Assembly: GCA_020184695.1 (NCBI GenBank) | Contig: JAANOX010000128.1 | Coordinates: 186,001 to 250,000 of the forward strand | DNA length: 64,000 nt | Direction: 5' to 3' | From: Histomonas meleagridis 2922-C6/04-290x | Taxonomy: Eukaryota > Protista > Parabasalia | Shown: positions 50,414 to 62,050 of the stretch, piece after piece | Layout: every line of letters begins with the position of its first letter | How positions within the stretch are numbered: the stretch's first letter is position 1 | Notes under the pieces: model-generated | Database searches by the model: none | Told to the model about the DNA's origin: nothing | The model's input: only the letters and a program-made list of their open reading frames with translations | Made by a program: the position numbers and the translations under genes

Positions 50414-50845
50414 ATGTCAGGCGAAAAGATAGATGTTCTTTTCCATAAATACAACACAGATGAACCAAATATCACAGTGTCTTTGGGGAAAGAGGAAACA
50501 GTAGAATCGGCTAAATCTAAAATAGCACAAGAACTTAAATTAAATCCGAATCTTATTTATTTTATTGTTAGAGGTCAAATAATGAAGAATAAAACTAAGT
50601 TTTCTCAGCTACAAACAACACCTGACGTCGTTTTTGAAGTATACGAAAGAGCAAATTATAAAGTTTCATCAGTTCAAAACAAAAAGACAGACAAAAAAGC
50701 AGATCCAAATATGCTGGCAGGACTTTCAGCACTAAAGGTTCCGAGTGAACCCCCAGAAATTGGTCTTCATCAAACACCAGCAACACCATTTTTGCTCTCT
50801 CAATTCTCAAGTTTTCTCAATGACACAGAATTTGATGACCTTTGA
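50414..50845 (+). CDS. Ubiquitin-like domain protein
   Basis: ETVESAKSKIAQELKLNPNLIYFIVRGQIMKN fits the Ubl fold pattern. Confidence 0.6.
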   Translation: MSGEKIDVLFHKYNTDEPNITVSLGKEETVESAKSKIAQELKLNPNLIYFIVRGQIMKNKTKFSQLQTTPDVVFEVYERANYKVSSVQNKKTDKKADPNMLAGLSALKVPSEPPEIGLHQTPATPFLLSQFSSFLNDTEFDDL

Positions 50846-51048
50846 AGTTGTTCACGATTAAACCTTATTTCGATTAAAAATTATAATTTTTTCACCTCAC
50901 ATAAAAATTTATTTTATGCTTGTGATTCTAAAACTAGCTCGCCCATATGAAATGTGAAAGAATCATTTCTTGCTCCTGAATTAAGCAATTGTTTTGTGCA
51001 AATGTGTGAAATTCACTTTGTCTGTCCGAATTAACATAGTCAAAATAC

Positions 51049-52425
51049 ATGATAACAGATTTTAAAAATCTTTTGGAGGAATTGATAAATAATGAAGATT
51101 TATCTTTAGAAGATGTTGTAAATCATCAATGCTTCTTTCAGTCTCTACAAAATCATGAAAAATTTTTGCTGGAATTTTTAAATTTGCCGAAAAATCTTTC
51201 TCAACTTGTTGAAAATTTAGTGAATCTAAAAAGTGGAATATATCTTAAAATTCTTCGAATTCCTAAATGTCCTATTTTTCCCTTTATTCTTAAATCTAAT
51301 CTTTTAGTGGATTCGTTATTCAAAGATTTGAATAACATAAGCAATTTTCCACAAAAAATTACAATTTCTCAATTCTTTTATTCCTCTATTTATGATTTTC
51401 CAGATTTATTTATACCGTACATTCCAAAATATATAGATACATTACTTAAAAATATAGAACTTGACCCTATTTATCAACTGCTAACAGAGCTACTACAAAT
51501 AGATTCTATCAATAGCATATGGATTGTTTGGGTAAGTCATCTTCTACTAACTCATAATCTCATAATTCCAAATTATTTTCATTCAAAGCGATCACTTATC
51601 ACAAACACATATAACAAACTCGAATCAAATCAATTTAGCGAAACATTTTGTACAAACGTATTACGTTTAGAAAAATTTTCATTAAATAACAATTTTTTGC
51701 CAAAAGAAATTTTCAATGATTTCGCAAATGATTTACTTTCACTGTTTAATAAATGTACAAATGTAACTCAAAAACTCTTAATTTTCAAGATTTCGACGCA
51801 TTTATTTACTGATCAAAACTTAACAAATTCATTTATCGAAATCCTTCGAAACACAAAAAATTTTGGCGAATTAGAAGTTAACATATTTAAGAAATTTGCA
51901 ATTCATCCTAAAGAAGAGATCATTGAAGTTATACCTTTACTTGTTGATTATTTTTTTAATGATAATACGAATAGTTTTTTCTGTAATGTTTTTTGTTTGT
52001 TTGTTGAGAATTGTATGAGAAATAATAAAAATAATAATAAAGTCAAAGATTTATTGATTAAATTACTTCCTTTAAAGATAATAAACAAAATTGAGGAAAA
52101 AAATTGGTTTAACACTGTATATATTGAGTGTTTTGTCATGAAAGTTGCTGAATCAATTGATCCATTTGTGGATTCGGAACAATGGAAAACATTTAGAAAA
52201 AATGTTTTGTCGAATTGGAATATGAAAAAAATATCTAAAAAACGTGAAGCGAGTAAATTTGTTTATGATTTTGAGGATGATTTATTTGAGGATAATATTG
52301 AGGAAGAAGAAAAAGTAGAAAAAGAACATGTGAAAGAAGAAAATAAAAAATTGTTCGATTTCGTTTCGGGTATAAATATTAATGCATTCCATACAGATGA
52401 AATGAATGATGTTTTTGATTTTTGA
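51049..52425 (+). CDS. Helical protein, possibly SAPS/SIT4-associated-like
   Basis: N-terminus LEELINNEDLSLEDVVNH...KFLLEFLNLPKNLSQLV resembles SAPS N-termini; acidic tail. Confidence 0.45.
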   Translation: MITDFKNLLEELINNEDLSLEDVVNHQCFFQSLQNHEKFLLEFLNLPKNLSQLVENLVNLKSGIYLKILRIPKCPIFPFILKSNLLVDSLFKDLNNISNFPQKITISQFFYSSIYDFPDLFIPYIPKYIDTLLKNIELDPIYQLLTELLQIDSINSIWIVWVSHLLLTHNLIIPNYFHSKRSLITNTYNKLESNQFSETFCTNVLRLEKFSLNNNFLPKEIFNDFANDLLSLFNKCTNVTQKLLIFKISTHLFTDQNLTNSFIEILRNTKNFGELEVNIFKKFAIHPKEEIIEVIPLLVDYFFNDNTNSFFCNVFCLFVENCMRNNKNNNKVKDLLIKLLPLKIINKIEEKNWFNTVYIECFVMKVAESIDPFVDSEQWKTFRKNVLSNWNMKKISKKREASKFVYDFEDDLFEDNIEEEEKVEKEHVKEENKKLFDFVSGININAFHTDEMNDVFDF

Positions 52426-52508
52426 AGAGTTAATAAATTTTTCTTTCCTAAAATTTATATTATTAATTAATACGACATTTAGAAATTTTATATCATATAA
52501 CAATTTTT

Positions 52509-53018
52509 TTACACTTGATCGAGTTGATCTTGTACAAGCTGATTATCGCTAATTTGCGATGGCAAGGAAAATTGATTTTGCGGACTCTTTAAAGAAGCAT
52601 ACCATCTATTTTTTACTGCACCAGAACTTCTTCCTGGCAAAGATTGGGCAATAAGTGACCATTTGTTTCCGAGTTCTTTTTGTTTTGAGATAATGATTTG
52701 ATCTTCCCAAGGTTCGAAAGGAACGTGCTTAAGCTCAGGAGAAAGCCTGTTATGCCACCTTTCTCTGCATTGTTTTGGTGATCTGGAAGGAACCAATTTA
52801 GCAATTTCTATCCATTTACATGTACCAATTTTTTCGACGGCATCTTTTAAGAGCTCATCTTCTTGAACTGTCCACGCTCCCTTTGTTTCGGATGAATCTC
52901 CTTTGTCAATTAACTGATTTTGAATCAATCCAATGTAATAACTAAGCATATCTGGAGTTATATTTATCCGAAGAGGTGCACCACCTATGTTTTGAGGTAT
53001 ACCTCTGGTTTGATTCAT
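52509..53018 (-). CDS. R2R3 Myb transcription factor
   Basis: KGAWTVQEDELL...KWIEIAKLVPSRSPKQCRERWHNRL and WEDQII...GNKWSLIAQSLPGRSSGAVKNRW. Confidence 0.95.
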   Translation of the reverse strand: MNQTRGIPQNIGGAPLRINITPDMLSYYIGLIQNQLIDKGDSSETKGAWTVQEDELLKDAVEKIGTCKWIEIAKLVPSRSPKQCRERWHNRLSPELKHVPFEPWEDQIIISKQKELGNKWSLIAQSLPGRSSGAVKNRWYASLKSPQNQFSLPSQISDNQLVQDQLDQV

Positions 53019-53474
53019 TGGGGTTCGGCGCGGATATTGAACAGTTGATTTTACGTCGGTTAATGGTAGACCGTTTATTCCTCAACGAGCTGAACTTTTG
53101 CACAAAAGAGAATCTTTTCCCTCATAAAAGAATTAATTTCTCCTCAAACTCCACCTTAGCGTTTCTAAAAGAATATTTCAGGAATCAAAATCCCAAAAGA
53201 ACAAAAGGTTAAAACTTGAATTAATGTTTTTTTTTAATTACTCAGAAATATCAGTTCATTCAATTAATTGCAACGGTTTATATCAAGAGGTTTGTTTAAT
53301 ATGTAAAAAATTGTAATATCTCCATAAACTAAGGATTAAAAGCTATTAATATTTATACATATATAATATTAAATGTTTTAAATATTTTTTGAAAGTGAAT
53401 TATTTCTGTTTAAACAAATACTAGAAATATTTTCATTTTAAAAAATCAAACCGTTAGAACACGTCAATATTGGA

Positions 53475-54107
53475 ATGGGGTTCCAACTCACTTCAGACAA
53501 TCTTGATTATCAACCATATGGGAAATTATATGTCCTATTCATTGTAATTCAATCGGTTTTAGGAGTTGTAAATATTATAATGAATATTGTTACTTGTGCC
53601 AAGACATGGGAAGACGAATATCGCATTGGAACAGATATTTTCGGAATTTATTCTGCTTTATTAATTGGTTTCTCTGTTGTATATTGGGCTGTTATCATTC
53701 TCCAATTTGTTCCATCATATCATCTAATGAGAGCTCCTTTCTACGCATACGTTCTTGTTGGTGTAGTTCAATTTATTCCTTACGCATTCATGTTGTTGTA
53801 TTTGAATGATGATGTAAAAAATACTATTTGGAACATGGCAATCGTTAACTGGAGAGTAGATGATGCGTTCTTGACTTTTGAATATGAAAAATCGTGTGTT
53901 GGTCTGCTCGAAACTGGTGACAACACTACAAAGCCTCTTTGCAATGATTTATTTATCTCATACTTAGATTCCACATTTTCAAATACACTCACATACACAA
54001 TAGTTTCATTTGTATTCTTTGCCATTTCCTTCATCATTGGACCATTGTTCCAAATGTTCTATCGTATTTTCCATTGTATTGATTTTAAGTATGAACTTGA
54101 TGAATAA
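53475..54107 (+). CDS. Four-TM membrane protein (tetraspanin-like topology)
   Basis: Three N-terminal hydrophobic segments, a Cys-containing loop and a fourth TM. Confidence 0.55.
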   Translation: MGFQLTSDNLDYQPYGKLYVLFIVIQSVLGVVNIIMNIVTCAKTWEDEYRIGTDIFGIYSALLIGFSVVYWAVIILQFVPSYHLMRAPFYAYVLVGVVQFIPYAFMLLYLNDDVKNTIWNMAIVNWRVDDAFLTFEYEKSCVGLLETGDNTTKPLCNDLFISYLDSTFSNTLTYTIVSFVFFAISFIIGPLFQMFYRIFHCIDFKYELDE

Positions 54108-54478
54108 ATAATTTATCATTTCCGATATGCAAATTTGTGAAACGTTATATTTTGTTAAATCAATCACCAAATTATTTTATTTGTTTTTCGAGTGCCAAGT
54201 TTATGGTCTCAAAATTGAGTAGAAAACAATCGTTTACTATTCAATTATCAGCTCAACACTTTGCGTTATCAATCATTAAAATTATCTTTCCGAAATCTCA
54301 TTTCTAGAAATTTATAATGAAATTAACCAAAATGATTTTTTTACCGTTCGTAAAAAGCTTTTTAAGTGAAATTATCTTCTAATTATTATCTATTCATTTA
54401 TTTCAAATAAAAGAATTTTTCGATTAATCAAACAGAAAGAATGTAAACTTTTATTTACGAAAAGTTATAACTTTTTTT

Positions 54479-56182
54479 TTAATAATCTTCTTCTTCTATT
54501 TCATTACATTCTTCTTCTTCTTCTGTTTCATTCCATTCTTCTTCTTCTTCTGTTTCATTCCATTCTTCTTCTTCTGTTTCATTCCATTCTTCTTCTTCTT
54601 CCTCTTCTATTTCCATTTTCGCACCTTCGACCTGGTTTAAATAATCAAGGATTTCATCGGCCGAAACTTTTTGGCAATATTCCGCGTAAGACATTTTGTA
54701 GCATCTTGATTTTTTTGCAACTGCAACACCGTTATCGTTCTTGAAATAATCATTTTCTACCAAAAGTTTCACCACATCCAAATTTTTTGTTTTAATAGCT
54801 AAAGTCAAAGATTTTTTTATTTTAACATAAGGGTCACAATTCTCTGTCGTATCTAATGTTCTCATTGCGCCAAGATGTATATTTATTTTATCTTTTTGAA
54901 GAAGATATTTCATTAATTCAATGTTTTCTGATTGGATTGCTAATCCTAAATAACTTGTACTCACATCTTCAAAGTGATAATTTTCGATATGGATATAATT
55001 TAGATCAATCATATTTATATTGAGTAAAAAATCAAACAATTTTAAGTCTTTGAGTAATGAAGTTTTGACATCATCTGTGAAATAAAATTCAGAATCTAAC
55101 TTTTCGCCCATTAAGTATGAACACCATTTAGTGTTGTTATCAGAAAATATCGTAAGTAAATTATAATCATGATATTCATGTACTTTCATACCTTGTTGAA
55201 CTAAGAATGAGAAAATTTCAAAATTAGAATTTTGAACACATTTCTTTCCTAATTTTTCGAAATTCTCTAATTTGCCAATTTTGTTTTCATAAAGATATTT
55301 AAAAATCTCATTTTGATGGTATTTAATTGCTGTCTCATATGCATCTTTAAATGATGAATGATTTTGTTCACATAAATGAATGATTTCTTCATTTCCACCT
55401 GCAACCGCATATTTGCCTGTGTTTTTTACATTCGCATTATTCATAAGTAAATATTTAAAACATTGAACTGATCCAAAAAATGCTGCATAATCAATTAATG
55501 TAACATCTTTTTGATTGATAAACGAATGTCTTTCATAAATTGAACGTCTAATTATTTGGTTAAAATCAAAATCATTTTGTGATGATATTTCTTGAAGTTT
55601 TTCGATTTCATCATTCCGAATTATCTTCGCAAGTTCATTTGGATTTACTCCTTCTTTGATTAATTGCTTATGAAGTTCCCAATTGTTCTTTTTAAGCTTA
55701 TCTAAATTCTTTTTAAAATATTTATCGTGCATGGATGATGAAAAATAGTGACGCTCTCCTTGATTATAATGAGAGAAAAATCTTGGAATTACTAATTGAT
55801 GAATAAATATGTCTTCAGTTTTCATATTATTATTAATCATTGCTTCAAGAAAGTATTTTGATTCTTGAGTGTTAATTAGAAGCATCAAATCACTAAAATA
55901 ATCTGTTATAAATTTATCTTGCATTTTCTTACTTTTACTTGAATCATTTTCTAACATATAAATTTTTTTCAAAAATTCTATACATACATTGATTTCTTTT
56001 TGTCTGTAAGCATATGCAAAATAAACAATTTTGCAAACATAAAGATAAAATGAAATTGGTTTCTTATTCGAATAATTCCATAGTTTTTTTGTCATTATTT
56101 CGATGTTTGTTTCGTTTAGTTCTTCGAAAATGATTTTATGAAGTTCTTGAGCATTTATAGGGTCTGAATTGATCCCTTGCAT
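54479..56182 (-). CDS. DUF3447-type protein with degenerate ankyrin-like repeats, no spacers; acidic tail
   Basis: Uninterrupted 567-aa ORF with the same N-terminal motifs as loci A-C; ends in EEEEWNET repeats. Confidence 0.88.
   Translation of the reverse strand: MQGINSDPINAQELHKIIFEELNETNIEIMTKKLWNYSNKKPISFYLYVCKIVYFAYAYRQKEINVCIEFLKKIYMLENDSSKSKKMQDKFITDYFSDLMLLINTQESKYFLEAMINNNMKTEDIFIHQLVIPRFFSHYNQGERHYFSSSMHDKYFKKNLDKLKKNNWELHKQLIKEGVNPNELAKIIRNDEIEKLQEISSQNDFDFNQIIRRSIYERHSFINQKDVTLIDYAAFFGSVQCFKYLLMNNANVKNTGKYAVAGGNEEIIHLCEQNHSSFKDAYETAIKYHQNEIFKYLYENKIGKLENFEKLGKKCVQNSNFEIFSFLVQQGMKVHEYHDYNLLTIFSDNNTKWCSYLMGEKLDSEFYFTDDVKTSLLKDLKLFDFLLNINMIDLNYIHIENYHFEDVSTSYLGLAIQSENIELMKYLLQKDKINIHLGAMRTLDTTENCDPYVKIKKSLTLAIKTKNLDVVKLLVENDYFKNDNGVAVAKKSRCYKMSYAEYCQKVSADEILDYLNQVEGAKMEIEEEEEEEWNETEEEEWNETEEEEEWNETEEEEECNEIEEEDY
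54485..54605 (-). repeat. Coding minisatellite (EEEE(E)WNET, 24-27 bp)
   Basis: ttcttcttctgtttcattccattc repeated three times plus a variant. Confidence 0.85.
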
Positions 56183-56637
56183 TTTGTTAATGGCATTTTT
56201 TCAGGATAACCTATTCAATATTGGAAGGATTGGTCCGAACTTTATAATCTTCTTTTTATAACGACGGTTTCGCCCTCTCAAAACGTAATCCTTATTAATA
56301 AGACTACTTTTGAAAGAAATTCAATGGATTTTTAGGTCAAGTAAACTCGTTAAAAAGTCAAAATAAAGCATTGAATTACAGGGTTTTTGATTTCGAGCTA
56401 GACAACATGTTGTATTAATGGTCTAATGCTTTGGGAATGAGCATCCTAACAAGAACTTCCAGCAAACCACAATTTTAGATGTGTATGGTTGATAAAAAAA
56501 ATTGATGTTTTGATATATTTTTCGAACCGAAAACAAAGTGTTTTTACCGCGTTCACTTCTTCTTGTTTCAATGCTATTTCAATGTGCTACAAAACCCATT
56601 TGAAATTTTATGGAAATAGAGTAAACCATTCAAATAA

Positions 56638-58713
56638 CTAATTTTTATTAACGTCATCCAGTTCTTGTTCTTTGCTTTTCTTATTATTTTTCAACGCTTT
56701 CTGAGGTCTAAATCTCAGCTTCTTAAATGTTGCCTCTATGTCTATGTTATTTAATTCCTGCACCAATTTCTCCTTACGTGACAACAAAAGCTGTATTGAA
56801 TTAAAGAACAAGCACCAAAGCTCTACATCAGTTTTGCAGAGTATGTTCGACAGCCCCAAGTCAGGGAATATCAAGTTTGCGAAGAACAAATATACGTCCA
56901 ATGCAATTGGCGAATTTGTTGATGAGTATAACGTATTAAAGTAGACTGAGAAATCCATTGTAGTTCTTGATATTCGATAGTTATACATCAATCGAACCTT
57001 ATGGAAGAAGTCTGTGTACACTCTAAACGCATTACCTATTCGCATTTCCTTTAAACTATTTATCAAATTCACCAAATATAAAACATATTTATAACTTGGC
57101 GAATCTCTAAATTCTCGTACGAATATGTTCGAGTTTTCTGTTTGGATACTTAAGAACTCTTTTCGCTTTTTGTCCGGTATAATTTGCGGGTTATATATTA
57201 TGTCATTTAAGAACACTGGATATATATATAGTATTAATGTTTCTGGTTTAGGACATGCTTCAACTATACGTGAAAGATATCTTCCGACTGTTTTAATGCT
57301 GTTCTTTATTTTGTCTTGTGTATATAACTTGGATAATAATGAAGAAAATGTTTTGTTCCGTTGCGACGTTATATTAATTAAATAATTTGTCGATTGTTTA
57401 ATATGATATAATATGTCATTGATTTCTTTGATAATGAAATATGAGTTCCAATGATCATTAATCTCTTTACGTAATAAATATTCATTAAGTTCTCGTGATG
57501 TTTCAGCATTTACATTTTTGTTAAATTTTAGTAAATTCTCAAATTTAGAATCCATTTGATATGTACATCGATTTAAATCTGGTGGTAATGGGATAATGAG
57601 ATCGATAAATGAATCATCTCGTTCTCTTGTCTCAGGAAAATATTCAAGTGAATATGTAAATAAAAATTCATTCTTTGTAACAAGTGGTAAACGCTTGATT
57701 AATTGATATAATGGAGTGTCTGGAAATGTCTTAGATATAAAAAGAAAGTCTGCATGGGAAAAATAAAGAATAAGTGAAAAATGACCAACATCATGATAAC
57801 TCGGAATTTCTGGGACATGTGATCGTAAGTTTATGAAAAGTGACGCAAATTCATGGGCGTGAGTTTCCTTGTATCCTTCGGGAATAGAGTTCTGTAGGAA
57901 CTTAAGGACACGTTCAGAAAGTTGGAAGGTATTGCCTTCGGATGTAAAATTACTCCAAATCTTAAAGATGGTGATTAAATAAATGATGATCACTTCAGCA
58001 GTGATTAAACTACCATCCTTGTGGTTGAAAATAAAGCTAAGAAGATCAGGAATATAATCGGGTATTAATCGAGAAACTTGGTTGATGGAATGAGTAAGAT
58101 TACTGGTGATCGTCCAATCCAGAATCCATGTTTTTTGACCAATCCTAGACTTGAAGTCATTCCAGAGAGTCTCAGAAAAAGAAAAGGCAGAAAACATTAT
58201 GGATAATGTAAACGTAAATATTAAATCATGGTATTTTTCGCTATCTTGGAATGAACCTTTTTTAACAAGAGCTTTGATAAAGTTACATGCATAAACTGCA
58301 AACTCGTGATTAGTAAAAAAGCCAAACATGGAAGGAAATGTAGAAAACGCATAAAAACTTATGGGTATTTCATCATCTTTCAAAAATTCTTCAATCATAG
58401 GTTGTACATATTCCGTAGGGTCAAAATGTAATTGCTTAAGAAGTTTTAACATAACTTGTGCTGTTAAAGGTTGTGGATGATTTACAGTATTTGTTGAATC
58501 TAAAAGTGTGTTTTTAATGATCTCGCTAACAGGGCATATCCCATAATTTTTGTAAAAATATGTGTAATACAAAAAAAGATAATATGCTCTTGATTGAAGT
58601 ACACTATTTTTTTGAAGTGAACGAAGTTTATTACGTACCCCAGCGAGCTTGATGTTAGCATCGCTCATAGAGTAACGTGATATTATTTCTTTTTGCTGCT
58701 CAAGTGATAACAA
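56638..58713 (-). CDS. Hypothetical protein (691 aa)
   Basis: Long ATG-started ORF; no recognised motif. Confidence 0.8.
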   Translation of the reverse strand: MLSLEQQKEIISRYSMSDANIKLAGVRNKLRSLQKNSVLQSRAYYLFLYYTYFYKNYGICPVSEIIKNTLLDSTNTVNHPQPLTAQVMLKLLKQLHFDPTEYVQPMIEEFLKDDEIPISFYAFSTFPSMFGFFTNHEFAVYACNFIKALVKKGSFQDSEKYHDLIFTFTLSIMFSAFSFSETLWNDFKSRIGQKTWILDWTITSNLTHSINQVSRLIPDYIPDLLSFIFNHKDGSLITAEVIIIYLITIFKIWSNFTSEGNTFQLSERVLKFLQNSIPEGYKETHAHEFASLFINLRSHVPEIPSYHDVGHFSLILYFSHADFLFISKTFPDTPLYQLIKRLPLVTKNEFLFTYSLEYFPETRERDDSFIDLIIPLPPDLNRCTYQMDSKFENLLKFNKNVNAETSRELNEYLLRKEINDHWNSYFIIKEINDILYHIKQSTNYLINITSQRNKTFSSLLSKLYTQDKIKNSIKTVGRYLSRIVEACPKPETLILYIYPVFLNDIIYNPQIIPDKKRKEFLSIQTENSNIFVREFRDSPSYKYVLYLVNLINSLKEMRIGNAFRVYTDFFHKVRLMYNYRISRTTMDFSVYFNTLYSSTNSPIALDVYLFFANLIFPDLGLSNILCKTDVELWCLFFNSIQLLLSRKEKLVQELNNIDIEATFKKLRFRPQKALKNNKKSKEQELDDVNKN

Positions 58714-59759
58714 TGGAATTAATTTAAATTAACCGTTATTTCTCAATTGTTTGAAAAAGAAATAATCGTAAACTGTGGAATGCAACACGTTAATATCCAT
58801 AAATGCATTTGTTAGAATTGGTTTATTATACAAATAAATTGTTTGAATGAATATAACAGGAAAGAATTTAATTATGTTTTTATCTCAAAATTATCGAATT
58901 TTTTTGATTTTGAAAAAATTATCGTTACATAGCAATTGAAACAAAAAATGAGACAACCTCGTCCTCTTTCTTATGATTTTACACAATATCATAATATTAT
59001 ATGAAATGTATGAAGTTTGTGCTTTTGTGATATTATAAATCTTAGGCCACAATTAATTTTTTATCAAGATATTTCTCGTGCATTTTGATTGTTTTTGAAT
59101 TGACAATATAATAAACTATTCAATTATCCAAAAAGTGAAAAAATTAAGCAATCAATTTTGTCTGGGCGCAAGTTAAATATAAACGTTTTCAGAGAACGTT
59201 ATTTTATTGATCCAAAAAATCTATTTAATTTTACATGAGAAATTATGCATTAAATATTTGATCTTCAGAATGATTTTTTGCAAACCATTCGGAGTCACCA
59301 AAACGTGTTAGATAGATCTTTCGATTAATTTTAATTAACACTTTCATGATTTATTTTTTTTTTAAAGTTTTTTGTGAAGGGTGTGATCCTTGATCAAAAT
59401 AACGAAATTATGTTAATCTTGAGATCTCTTTCTTGAAAATTTTCGAGCAATTGCGACAATATGAAATTCTTTACGTCATGCTTCATAAGTAAATGGAATA
59501 ATGGAAAAAAATCAAAGATATTAAATATTGTGATAATTTCTATTTTTTGATGCCAATACTGAGTGAGGGCATTAGGTTGGTCGTTTATTTACTCAACTTT
59601 ACTTAGAACCAGTCAATTAGCTATGAAAAAGTTAAACTTGTCGAATTGTCACTTTTCGTTTTGTGTGACAAATATTCGACTTTTTAATGAAAAACATAAG
59701 AAAATTTTCATAGAAGCAATTAATTATTTCGATTGAAAGTCAACTACATAGAACTGCCA

Positions 59760-60331
59760 AATACTTTTACTCAAAGTAGTACATTCACTAAGTCAAACAC
59801 ATATACACAATCAAATACATATTCTCAAAGAAATACATTCCAAATTCATTTATATATTCTCAAAGTAATACATTTTCATGTTCAATTACAGAAACATATT
59901 TATTAATAACAATGTCAACAAACACTATTATTATGTCGATGTTTAACTTGGAACACACATACATTAATACGATTATTTATTATGAATATGTAATTTTTGG
60001 ATATTCCTCTTATTATCAATTTTATTCCGATTTTTATACGATAATAAATCAAAATGAAAATATAAATAATACGAATAATAATAATTATATCATTATTGGT
60101 GTAATTATTGGAATTGTTATAGTTTTAATTGTATTATTTCTTGTTATTTATCTTATTCGTAAATATAAATATAAAAATAAACGAAATATTTTTGAAGAAG
60201 AAGAAGAAAAATATTCAGAAAAAGAACAAGAAATTAATAACAATTTCAATTTTGGTAAAAAAGTATCTAATGTTGAAGAAGATCCATTTGCAGTAGATTT
60301 TAACGAAGATAATCTTAATGTACATATATAA
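59760..60331 (+). pseudogene. C-terminal part of a single-pass surface protein (Thr/Ser stalk + TM + acidic tail)
   Basis: Broken NTFTQSSTFTKSNTYTQSNTYSQ repeats precede ORF 59912..60331 with TM YIIIGVIIGIVIVLIVLFLVIYLI and tail EEDPFAVDFNED; no ectodomain. Confidence 0.6.
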
Positions 60332-60525
60332 ATAAAACATGAGTAAATATCTTTCAAATTAAAACTTTTTTAAAAATATTTTATTACTATATAATTGAAC
60401 TTATTGTTGAAATAATATGAATTAAATTGTAATCTACTTATGTCTTTAAAATCAGTTACATAATTTGTTAAATTTTTTTTTTCAATTAAAAATAACAAAT
60501 ATATATACAAAAAGATTTATTAAAA

Positions 60526-61204
60526 TTAATTTTGTTGATATGTAATTTCATGACCATATTCATGCAAGTGTGCAATTTTTTCATAGTTTCGTGTTTGAAA
60601 TTCCTTATGATAATTCTTAATCAATGAATTTCTTGCGTTTCCTTTTCTCAATTCCACAAATTTTTTTATCGAATTATTAATCTTTTGATTTTCTACACCT
60701 AAGTTCTCTCTATTTATAATTCGTTTTAAATGTTCTCTATAAATTTCAGCATTTAATTTTTTGCAGTCAACAACACTGTCAAAAAGTGTCTGATATAAAC
60801 CTATCGAATCTGCGTTCTCAATTCTGACTATCGTATCATTCAATGATTCAATTAAACTGACAATTTCCACTTTTTGAAGCGACTGTGTATCGTCTATTTC
60901 AATTTCCTTTTTGATTACAGTTGTAATTGGGTGAAACAGACTCTAAAAAAGTATCATTTTCAGTTGTAAATTCGACAAAAAATTTTGGTTTCGCAGATTT
61001 GATTACTTTGAAACCAAAAAAAATTTTATGTTCGATTTGGAACGTAATATAATTTCCAGGAACAAAAACATCGATAATCATTTTCCCTATTGTATCATCT
61101 GGCAAATTAAATAAAATGTTTTGTGTTGATGTTATAGGCATATTCATTTCGAAAACAACGAAACTGTTTCCATTTTTAGTTGGACATTCAATGTTTGTGC
61201 CCAA
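60526..61204 (-). CDS. Hypothetical protein, probably one gene split by a frameshift near 60930
   Basis: The frame of 60526..60870 is open upstream (PITTVIKKEIEIDDTQSLQKVEIV) and overlaps the end of 60899..61204. Confidence 0.45.
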
Positions 61205-62050
61205 AATTACATTCAGGTTTCGTATTTAGGCGTAATTCAATACAACCTAAGTAGTATGACAGAGAAGATACGTATCTGGTTAACATCTGTTAATGTAATT
61301 CAATCACAACAATAATAAACCTCATGATTTTGAGGATGTGCTTTGGTTTATCTTAGTTTTTAACAAAGCAAAACTTTTTTTCCATATTTGTTTTTTTGGT
61401 TTCACTATAATAGAATCAAAATATGAAGCAACAATATTTAGAGAAAGTATTTCATATTAATTAAACAAGCCAAAAACAAAATTTCATTAAAATTAAAATT
61501 ATCAACAAAATTTCAAATCCTCAAGAATCAACAGTTACTCAAAGTTGATTTTCGAAATTTTGAAACTTTCTTTAAATGTGGAAAATTTGTTTTATATATA
61601 ATTTTCGTTTTGACCAATATTAGAAAATTAAGTTGATCAATCTTGGAAGTATTCCAATTGACGTTTTTTCTTTCGTTTACTCATATCGTTCTATCTTTCA
61701 CTGAACTCATTAACAGTTAATAATAATTACACGAAACACAAACAACGCATATGAAAAAACAATAATAAATACAAATATTTTTGAGTAAAACTAATAAGTA
61801 AAGGAAGAAATTGTTTTGACTCATCGATTTAACTGATATGATATATTGGATATGTGGATATTGTCACTACTCACTACCGATGAAGAATAATGAGTTAAAA
61901 TATATAAAATCATGGTTTCAAAATAATAACTTCTGGAGTGAGTTTTGATTGAAGTCTTCAGTTGCAAGTGATTTGTAAACTTCTCAAATCAATTTTTTCC
62001 AACGTGAAAAATCATTTCATGTCATATGTCATATAATAAACGGAAAGAGA

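Noticed and set aside
60870-60935. Possible 17-nt spacer explaining the split 60526-61204 gene
   Set aside because: The two frames overlap directly with no ATTT...ATTT segment; a simple indel suffices.
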